54,722 nucleotides of DNA. Source: a virus (taxonomy: Duplodnaviria; Caudoviricetes). This document shows positions 38,201-45,800 of this stretch, piece by piece. The stretch is from positions 1 through 54,722 of IMG/VR virus record IMGVR_UViG_3300017751_000022; one strand, written 5' to 3'. The translations under genes and the position numbers were made by a program. Position 1 is the first letter of the stretch. Each line of letters begins with the position of its first letter. The notes beneath the pieces are model-generated. The model made no database searches, was not told where the DNA came from, and worked only from the letters and a program-made list of their open reading frames with translations.

Positions 38201-38971
38201 ATACGATGGAAATCTTGATGTTTGATCTTTTTGAATTACAGGTGTTGTTCCAGGAACTGCAGCATCCTCGCCATCAATTCGCAACCATTGACCTGATTTA
38301 TATACAGGATCGTTTAACGGCACCCATGCATCTGATCCGTCAATTTCTAATTCAGTTTCTGCGTAAGCAACAGTATCAAAATAACTGTCATTTACATTGC
38401 CTTCATCAAATGTTGTGCCATATGTATTAAAGTATCTAGCAAAGTTTCCATCAAAGAAATCTTCTACTCTATCATCGGTATAGTATAAATTAGATCCTTG
38501 AGGATCTTCTCTAAGAACGCTCGTATCAAGGATAACAGAACCAAGGCTTTGAATAACGCCTTGATTCAAACTTAGTTGATCATATATTAAATCAGTGCCT
38601 TGTCCTTCGGTTGTTCTTGTACTTACATACCCACCGCCGGCGCCGTTGTCATTAGATAAATCAAATAATGATGTAGGCGAATTGTCATTAAAATATTGCT
38701 CTGTATAAGTTTCGAAATACGCCTTATTTGCTCCACCCAATGTTCCTGCATCTAGTGCTAAAGGATCACCTTGTCCGGGAGTGTAAGCATTTAAAGCGGT
38801 TACCATGAGCGCAGTATTATCGTTACCGAATGTATCAGCATCTACGATAATGTCTTTCAGTGTGTCAAATGTGATCTTTAAAGACAGATTTTGATCAACA
38901 TCTGAAACAACAAATACATCACTACCTGCTAATGTGCTTGTGGGATTTAATTGAGTAAATTTTATTGACAT
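35228..38971 (-). CDS. Tailspike-like protein with pectate-lyase-3-type beta-helix (1247 aa)
   Basis: IKFTQL..DVFVVSD N-terminus; GSNLYYTDDRV fibre motif; DNTQSIRNAI..GRKAIQLNPKNYIISEIEVPSNFSVNG beta-helix cap followed by IDGN, IASNRFEN, IEGNIISGCGSG rungs. Confidence 0.7.
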   Translation of the reverse strand: MSIKFTQLNPTSTLAGSDVFVVSDVDQNLSLKITFDTLKDIIVDADTFGNDNTALMVTALNAYTPGQGDPLALDAGTLGGANKAYFETYTEQYFNDNSPTSLFDLSNDNGAGGGYVSTRTTEGQGTDLIYDQLSLNQGVIQSLGSVILDTSVLREDPQGSNLYYTDDRVEDFFDGNFARYFNTYGTTFDEGNVNDSYFDTVAYAETELEIDGSDAWVPLNDPVYKSGQWLRIDGEDAAVPGTTPVIQKDQTSRFPSYQKGQVVRIYNAETNDDNITIENSLVTIGQVFGFVDATNTQLSKSFSAVSATIADNSIIEIVDGNGAPVAHGLLDGDPVIYSRNGSSNTVVPGLVDGATYYVGLVDGEASQLQLATNADNANSDQFIALGTGGTGDQFLTPIKAPTGSIPYQPITYYTAEWDMLNGHITPMNPSGINVNVSHPSSVTDNEEIKNYLVIDNERILKDFGVENFVKLNFTHTNSVTGANENGPSPGKGILVYRSVGQINSTDPDVQGAAKLIAVLGPKDLQGNSFIDYHTDDILDYSKKLQGDNSYNATNTVHFKPQIKPSVYGLGWVDRQIEDVVYQDPLNPATSEFIRIKLDNAVVAKTGSQAGVWISHDNTQSIRNAISTNSSTGRKAIQLNPKNYIISEIEVPSNFSVNGFPYSTKLTKLPWSGYAQGGSSGGMIAVTGGRLSNTSFVGFDIDGNACNQIMFDDAADSGLNYTFNFGALSDKVLMDKIRLHSPIGGGVYATGAGNLRITSCEVADSGVTDRHVFSPLIADGGTNSFIASNRFENFTDALDVSITDKGVIEGNIISGCGSGLLVFGSRFMVTSPNVLTGPGGEFLPNPDAYNSEYDSINVDLYGPSISSSAISPGQTYQSGPFKYQENGEVYDLSGSELRYRLFAVEKDAEGQESIWLHDLIAPHTNYSTNPPVDDIKMTFNPGDSTQIDAGNKTITFNLPATVASHGFTAGDPVKYTTTDTAYSSLDPAVQYFVYPNSDTEITLYTSQTNAINNSASGKVTLAVSTTAGTHKIERSAYINMGSYYSSDNPSTEGGFQFAIPPSSIDKIKDVGGIYSYNYLKAADAAGAGTNTIYHLDGNGVPASTLSNKNHVGLGWSASITQWLSPAGIIQNTAAAGQQATWSNQYVDPGDGLTYADYTVKVKDYKYLSVGLKVRPAAAGSTPHLEFVASGGVAASYGVIKSITQVDATTVTVVIKWQDANLNNNTAIPGVGGTLEVEDVFVIATGRIK

Positions 38972-39003
38972 TTATCCTTGCCTTTTATTTTGTAATATAT
39001 GTT

Positions 39004-39011
39004 TATTTATA
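39004..39011 (-). promoter_or_regulatory. T4-type late promoter TATAAATA
   Basis: Plus strand tatttata in the intergenic gap, ~33 nt upstream of ATG 38971, which has an AAGGA SD. Confidence 0.82.
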
Positions 39012-39031
39012 ATATTTGTGTGAGTTTAGTT

Positions 39032-41173
39032 TCATCGGGATCTGCTTGTATAGTATTGACCATCATTAACGCCATAAACTTTATTTCCATCTTTTTCTAC
39101 CTGAATGCCTCTATCAGTATTAGGTATGGTACCTTTGACGGGATCCACGTATGGCCACTGGTAAAATGGACCATTTGCGGCCACATGAGCAGCGTATGCA
39201 GCTTGATAGTCGTAATTAATAAATAATGCTTTTCCTGGGTTGCCGCCATCGGAATTTTCGTTAGAATTCGCACCTAGACCCCTTCCGCCAGTTCCACCGA
39301 ATCCTCCGCCGCCGCCGCCGGCACCAATGGCTTGACCATTCTCTCCAGATTTGCCTGCAACTTGCCCATCACCACCAAATCTTTTCCCTGAGGAGGTAGC
39401 AGTGCTAAAAAATGTTTGAATACCCTTAACCCAACTTTGAGTACTGAAGCTGTTCCCGCCTGGTGCACCACTTTGCACATATGCCAAGGAAAAGGCAGAT
39501 TGTTCTGTATTAAAAAATCCAGGTATTGCTTTTTCCGTCCACCTAACGCCATGATGCCTTGAATATCGGCCGGCGCTACCACCGGTGCCACCCGTGGCAT
39601 AACTGCCGTAATCTTGCAGTGATGAAGCAGTAATACGCCCATCAGAAGAGGTAACTGTGTATTTCGTCCAACGGCCTTGGTTGTATATTATATTACCTTT
39701 AATTGTGACAGTTGTATAACTTTCAGATAGCTCAGTAACACTTTTCCAACAAGTGAAACAAGAACTGTCATTTCCACGATCTTGTTCACCTAAAACATGT
39801 TGATGATTAGTTCGATACGGACTCTTACCTTGTGAATCCTGACTGAATTCTCTATCTCCTCCCACGTCATAGTCGGTAATCCATCCGCCGCCGCAACCGC
39901 CACTAAGGGATAATACGTTAGTGAAAATTTGTACGTCTTGATAATCAGACCTGTCATTATACGCATCATACTTAAATGAATCTGTTTGATACCATAGTGC
40001 CTTTTCTCTTCCAGAAGGCTTAGCATTTATGCTTTCGATTTTAGCATTAGCGGGTATGTTGTGTGTAGATCCTTTAACATCCCATAAAGAACCGCCTCCA
40101 CGTCCATGTCCAGCACCGCCTCCGCCGCCACAACCCATTCTGACAAGCTGGTTGCCGGAACCAGAGGAGAAAAGCCCAGCACCTCCGCCTCCGCCGCCGC
40201 CGCCAATTTGATTTTCTTTCTGTTTATTGCTCGAAAGATTATCGCCGTCTACGGCTTCTCTAAAATCTATTGCACAATACTCGAACGGATGATCTATGTA
40301 TATAGCATGCCCACCATCACCGCCTCTGCGGGAGGCGGGTGAATAAGCAGTATCTGTTACTGTTCCGCCATCTCCTCCAGCGCCATGGAAATTGCATCCG
40401 ATAAATTGAAAATTCATTTCAATAGTTTGCCATTCAGATCGAGCAGAGTAATTGGAATTTAGTGTAAATGCTGCTACAGCCGTATCAATTGACCAGAAAG
40501 TGACATTGATGAATTTTATACTAACAGCACCGACATCTCCGGTAATCGCTTTAAAGTCTGCATTATTACTTATTGCTCGAATAACGTCAAAATTTTCATA
40601 TTCTTTGTCTTTATATTCGAGCTCAAAAATAGAATATCGTTCTCTTACTGTTAAATTGCCGGACCCATCAACTTTTTTTGCGCCGTAGAAATCAGAAAAT
40701 GATATTCCGTTCGCATCAGATTTATCAGGAATATAAATGTTAGTATCTCTGCGTCTACGTATTCTATAATAAGATGCTCCGCCTGATGTTGTGATAACAA
40801 CAGAGTCAACCTCATATACCCATCCGTTGTGTACGAAAGATCCGCCTGGAGATACTTCAAATTCAGTTGCAGTACTGATCTTAGAACCTAAATCTGATTC
40901 ATTATAAAGGACTTCTAAATGATTTGCAGTTGTCACTGAACGAACTCTTGCCCAGTTCGCAGTGTTTGTTCCCAAATTGCCTTCATACCAAGTGTCTTCA
41001 TAATCTAATTCATATCGACCGACTTTTACACGGCTGCCGCCACGAAAATACTCGCCTAAAGAAGGGTTGGAATCGCCTGTAAATTCTGCTTTGATCTCAG
41101 ACATCTTTAAAGATGAGGTCGGATCAAAGGTTGCAGCATTTCCGTCTGAATCTATATATGACTTAATGGTCAT
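39032..41173 (-). CDS. Glycine-rich fibre-tip adhesin, T2/S16 gp38-like (713 aa)
   Basis: MSEIKAEF..SLGEYFRGG..ISFSDFYG N-terminus; many polyglycine motifs (GAGGDGG, IGGGGGGGGAG, GCGGGGGAG, GAGGGGGGFGG); directly follows an S74-type fibre. Confidence 0.62.
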   Translation of the reverse strand: MTIKSYIDSDGNAATFDPTSSLKMSEIKAEFTGDSNPSLGEYFRGGSRVKVGRYELDYEDTWYEGNLGTNTANWARVRSVTTANHLEVLYNESDLGSKISTATEFEVSPGGSFVHNGWVYEVDSVVITTSGGASYYRIRRRRDTNIYIPDKSDANGISFSDFYGAKKVDGSGNLTVRERYSIFELEYKDKEYENFDVIRAISNNADFKAITGDVGAVSIKFINVTFWSIDTAVAAFTLNSNYSARSEWQTIEMNFQFIGCNFHGAGGDGGTVTDTAYSPASRRGGDGGHAIYIDHPFEYCAIDFREAVDGDNLSSNKQKENQIGGGGGGGGAGLFSSGSGNQLVRMGCGGGGGAGHGRGGGSLWDVKGSTHNIPANAKIESINAKPSGREKALWYQTDSFKYDAYNDRSDYQDVQIFTNVLSLSGGCGGGWITDYDVGGDREFSQDSQGKSPYRTNHQHVLGEQDRGNDSSCFTCWKSVTELSESYTTVTIKGNIIYNQGRWTKYTVTSSDGRITASSLQDYGSYATGGTGGSAGRYSRHHGVRWTEKAIPGFFNTEQSAFSLAYVQSGAPGGNSFSTQSWVKGIQTFFSTATSSGKRFGGDGQVAGKSGENGQAIGAGGGGGGFGGTGGRGLGANSNENSDGGNPGKALFINYDYQAAYAAHVAANGPFYQWPYVDPVKGTIPNTDRGIQVEKDGNKVYGVNDGQYYTSRSR

Positions 41174-41184
41174 TTGTAATAACC

Positions 41185-42714
41185 TTATTTGTTATTTTTT
41201 AAATCTTGCACTTGTTGTTGCAGTTCTTTAATTGCCTCAATAAGTAGTGCAATAGTGTTGTCATACCTAACTGCTTTTTTGCCATCATTTGTTTCATAAA
41301 CTGCTTCAGGTAACACTTGCTCTAACTCCTGAGCAATCACGCCAGGAACTCGACCCTTTTCAGGTGAATCAATATAATTAAACGTGTAACCTGAAATAGA
41401 ACTTACTTTATCGAGAGCATTCTGTATAGGTTCAATATTTTCTTTTAATGATTCATCAGATGCAGTGCCAAATGCAGTAATATCACCTTGACAAATTAAA
41501 TTTCCAGTTGTCGTTTCAAATTCAAACTTAACCGTATCGCCAGTTGCATTATCACCAATTACAACTCTATTTTTTGATTTTAAAATCAGATCTGGGCATG
41601 TTGCAATTATATTGAAGTTGTCATCAGCAGCATTTTGGCCTTTGTCGTACATAATATATGATTCGCCAGATAAATGCTCTCCGGCTGCTGCTACATTACT
41701 TCGACCGAATGATAACTTAATATCATCACCGACTTTAAGGCCGTTACCTGAAATCGTTGACCTTTGTGCATTAGAAGATGGATTTGACAAAACAAATCCG
41801 CCTAAGTCAATCGAACTTGCTGCGGTTACGTGGCCATACGAATCAAATGTTAAATTAGTAACTGCTTGACCCGATGAAGTATCTGATGCTACAGTCGCAG
41901 GAGTATAGTGATCTATAACATTAGTGCTATTAATTGTTGTGAATCCATCAGAGGCCGCAATAACGGTGTTATCACCAGTCGCTACTGTGCCTATAAGACC
42001 TCCACCCAAAAATACTTCAGTTGTATCGCCTCCAACTCCTGCACCCAATGACAATCGTGCTGTTACATCAGCAGAACCATTGATAGAAAATGTCCCTATA
42101 ACATCTGATGCAACATCATCTACCGTCCCAAATGTAATTGTTCGTGTGTTTGCCCAAGCGGTGGCTGTAGCCGCAGCAATATCATCTGGCAAAATTGTGT
42201 TACTTATCTCTATATTAGTGCCCGATACTATACCTTTTGTTCCTGTACCTAAAGGACCTGATGGTTGTGCAATTGTAAGTTCGGTTTCAGGTTGGCTATT
42301 AACAGCATTACGACCAATTATTTGAAATTTAGTATGTGTTGATTCGTGTGGGCCCATGCGCCATGTATCCACATACACATCGTTACCTGCATCACTATCA
42401 CCTTGATCCTCAAAATATTGAAACTGTAAACTTGAATTGTCACCTGCTTTTGGAACACGAATCGTTTGTGTCTTTGTTGTGAATAATGCATCGACAACAA
42501 TATCAGTTCCTGAGTGCGGTTCAATTAAATTAGTTTTAACCCTATCTTCAGTTTCTAAAAATTGATCAACATAAATTGAACTATTATTGTTTTGATCAGC
42601 GCCGCCCATCGTAACAACATTCGACAGAGATGCTCCAATAGAATTTGTCCTATTCAGCCAATCTTGAAATGTTTGATCAGCTGTTATGTTAGTTGTAAAA
42701 GAATTAATCGCCAT
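41185..42714 (-). CDS. Tail fibre with C-terminal intramolecular chaperone (Peptidase_S74) (509 aa)
   Basis: GDITAFGTASDESLKENIEPIQNALDKVSSISGYTFN..GVIAQELEQVLPEAV..AVRY..LLIEAIKEL; N-terminal QTFQDWLNRTN. Confidence 0.88.
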   Translation of the reverse strand: MAINSFTTNITADQTFQDWLNRTNSIGASLSNVVTMGGADQNNNSSIYVDQFLETEDRVKTNLIEPHSGTDIVVDALFTTKTQTIRVPKAGDNSSLQFQYFEDQGDSDAGNDVYVDTWRMGPHESTHTKFQIIGRNAVNSQPETELTIAQPSGPLGTGTKGIVSGTNIEISNTILPDDIAAATATAWANTRTITFGTVDDVASDVIGTFSINGSADVTARLSLGAGVGGDTTEVFLGGGLIGTVATGDNTVIAASDGFTTINSTNVIDHYTPATVASDTSSGQAVTNLTFDSYGHVTAASSIDLGGFVLSNPSSNAQRSTISGNGLKVGDDIKLSFGRSNVAAAGEHLSGESYIMYDKGQNAADDNFNIIATCPDLILKSKNRVVIGDNATGDTVKFEFETTTGNLICQGDITAFGTASDESLKENIEPIQNALDKVSSISGYTFNYIDSPEKGRVPGVIAQELEQVLPEAVYETNDGKKAVRYDNTIALLIEAIKELQQQVQDLKNNK

Positions 42715-42898
42715 TTTTTTCTATCTCTTCTATTCTAAGTTTTAAATTTTCAACGCACAATTCAAGCCTTTCAACTTTCTGTATTAGTTGGCGGTGGTCT
42801 GTTTCCTTTTGCATTCTAATCCGTGCAGCATTATATTGCACATTGTCTGTATTGACTAGAGCCTGGGAATCTGTTCTTGTAAGATTAAGTGATTTCAT
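42704..42898 (-). CDS. Small coiled-coil protein following the DUF4815 gene (64 aa)
   Basis: RTDSQALVNTD..Y..AR followed by a heptad tail; overlaps both neighbours. Confidence 0.6.
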   Translation of the reverse strand: MKSLNLTRTDSQALVNTDNVQYNAARIRMQKETDHRQLIQKVERLELCVENLKLRIEEIEKNGD

Positions 42899-45800
42899 TA
42901 TGTCAACGCTATCGCTCGGTAATCATACACATGTGGGAACAGATTTGTGCCTGATGATGACCCAGAGTGTTTCAATACAATTTTAATCTGGAAGGCATCA
43001 AAGAACTCAAAAGGTAACCCACTGCTATCTGTTGTATCACCTTCCGTTAATGTATATTCAAATTCACGATAATCAGATGTGTTAGCTGACGATGAGAACA
43101 TATCAGTCGAGGCATTCACTAATGACTCCCAATCAGAGTAATTGTCAGGATTATTAGGATACAAGAATCTCGCTTGAACGTCAATTACTGTCCCTGTAGG
43201 TCTGAATGCTGATAACAATACCTTTAACCCATGTGCAGGAACGCCAGGATCTAATACAATTTGTTTTGATACGTATTTAGATGTATTAGATTCTAAATCA
43301 TCAATTGTATAGTTGTATGCTTGTATTGTTGACAGAGCATTATCAATTACAGGAGTAACAAATCGATACCCGCCGTTGTTAAGATCTAATCTTAATCTAA
43401 ATCGATCAACATCACCAGTTGTATCTTCGGTTAATAGATTTTGTCTTGAAGGAATAAATCTTTGTTCAGCGGTTAGATAAGTTGTTGAATGTAGACCAAT
43501 ACCTTGCCCAATTTCTGTATCAGCATCAGCATCAGCAGGAACAGGTCCTTTGAACAGTCCTAATTCTGTAGATGTTCGCAAAGTATTCTGTTGCATAACA
43601 AATGGTTGCATATATGATACAGGTGCATTGAATACACTAGTTACATCTGCAGTCGCACCAGAAATTGATCCGATGAGTTGCTGATTTGCAGAAAACAGAT
43701 TTGTTGCAGTTGTTGTACTTTCTTTAATATGTATTGTTGTTCTTTGTTTATCATTAAAGTATGATACCTTGCCGCCGATTGCTAATTTAATATCAACAAC
43801 AACAGAGTCATCTGTGATTGTACCTCTAACAGGCGCTTCCCTTAACGTGACAACTTGCCCCGATCCGTTAGCATTATCAGATATGTCGGTGATTACGGAT
43901 ACGTGTCGATAAACGCTTCCTGTTGCAAATGAAATCTGTATCATATCACCTTCTGAGAAACTAAGTATCGTTGCATCACTTGTAGCAACAACAATCTTAT
44001 TAACATAGTCAGGATTTGACGGAGCAGAAAAATACAATGTCCCTGAATTAGTAGATCCTTCAAGCGCATACGCATATTCATCGTTCCTAAAGAATTCATT
44101 TGTTGAAGTGCCTGCAGTTGCATTTACGATATTAATAAATTCCATATCATTCGGTACAAGATCAACATGCCCACCGGTTGTAGAGAAAACTGATTTATAC
44201 AAAGTAAACTTAATGTCTTCGTTTTGATATGATTGCCACGCTTTGTTATTTGTTGATGTGAACAACATACCTGAACCCCAGTCAGATGATATTTGCACAC
44301 TTTCATCAGTGATACTGTTTTCACCAACTTTAGCAGTATAGATAAAGTAATCAGGATCTGTTGCATCTGGTTCGATAACAATAGCGTATTCTTTACCCAC
44401 TTCAAGTTTTACCGGATTATCAAATAATACCTTAGTTGCCGTAGACGCATCATCTGAAGTTGTAATTTGACTCCAGTCGACATGCTTTTCACCGAATTGT
44501 AAAACTTTTGCAGTAGGATATCCGTTCTCAACTTCTCTTAATTGAACAACGACACCATTACGTCTGTCAGCAGGTGATTTCTTCTTAAACCATAGATCAA
44601 GTTCATCGATGAATACAAACGAAGCATATTCTGCTTGTGCAGGTTGAATGCTAAATGTTTGCGCTAATGGATCATCATTGAACCACCATCTACGTGTCCA
44701 CGGGAAAAATCTCCTGATCGGTGTTTGAGGAGCAGGTGCCGGAGCAGGCGGCGGTGGCGGTGGCGGAACAAATTCTCGCACTTCACGATCTGTTGTGAAT
44801 GTTGATGAACCTACATCAAAATCAAGCGATCTAACATCGCTACCGATGCTTGTTGTGTTCATAGCAAAACTATATGCTCTGTATGTCTCTTTCGCAATAG
44901 AAGTACCTGCGGATTCAATACTACCAAATTGATCAGAGTCAGAAATAATTAGATCAGCATCACCGACAAAGAATGTTCTTGGTGGCAGTTGGAACACGGC
45001 AAATAATCTGCCGTATTCGTCCGAAGTAACAGCATCGCCACGATCACCAACGGAAAATACATCTGTTGCCTTTATACTTCTTGTGGTCAAATCATTTTCA
45101 TATACACCGCCAGGTGCAACATGAACAGAAACAGGAACATCATCGAAATAGAAATAATGTCTAGTATTTGGTCGCAATCCGCCAACGGCAACTTTTATAA
45201 CCTTAGAATTCATATAAGGTTTCATTGTGAAGTCAGTAAGATACGAACCCAAATCTTGTTGCGTACTAAACGCATTCATTTGCAATGTATCAGTTCTGAA
45301 TGTATCAGTAGTAGTTGTTACACGGAAGTTTCCTTCCATTGCACTGCTTGTTTGAGAGTTTGTTTGTGTTGTAGTTGTTAATGGAACAAACTCTTGAATA
45401 TTATCAACAAGATCAGTTAAAGGTGATTCTAGATCGATATTGATTGTTACATCAGGATTTTCTGTTACATCATACTCAGCATCAAATCTTGGGAACATCG
45501 ATACGTTACCCTTGTATTTGTAGAAGTTAGACGCTAAGTTTCTGAATGTCGTTGCATATTCTTGTGCTAATAATTCTTCTTTTTGTGCTGCTTGTCGCAA
45601 TGTTGTCACATCATCAAACGATGTTATATTATTTGACGAACCTGAATCAACTTTAAGATCAACAGGGAACTGATGCACTTTAGGTGTTAAAACAGTTGCT
45701 CCCTTATCAATAGAAGCGTTGAATGCACTATCAGCCAAATCAGCAACTTTTAAGTTACGGAATTGATCAACCAAGATTCCGTTTTTGAATCTGTTATTTC

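Noticed and set aside
17695-39034. Genome-wide TGA reassignment (both TGA stops are followed closely by an in-frame TAA)
   Set aside because: About 50 kb of coding sequence translates without internal TGA under the standard code; true recoding would fragment these ORFs.
39290-40210. CCG microsatellites as phase-variation tracts
   Set aside because: They are short, in-frame triplets explained by polyglycine coding; slippage would not shift the frame.
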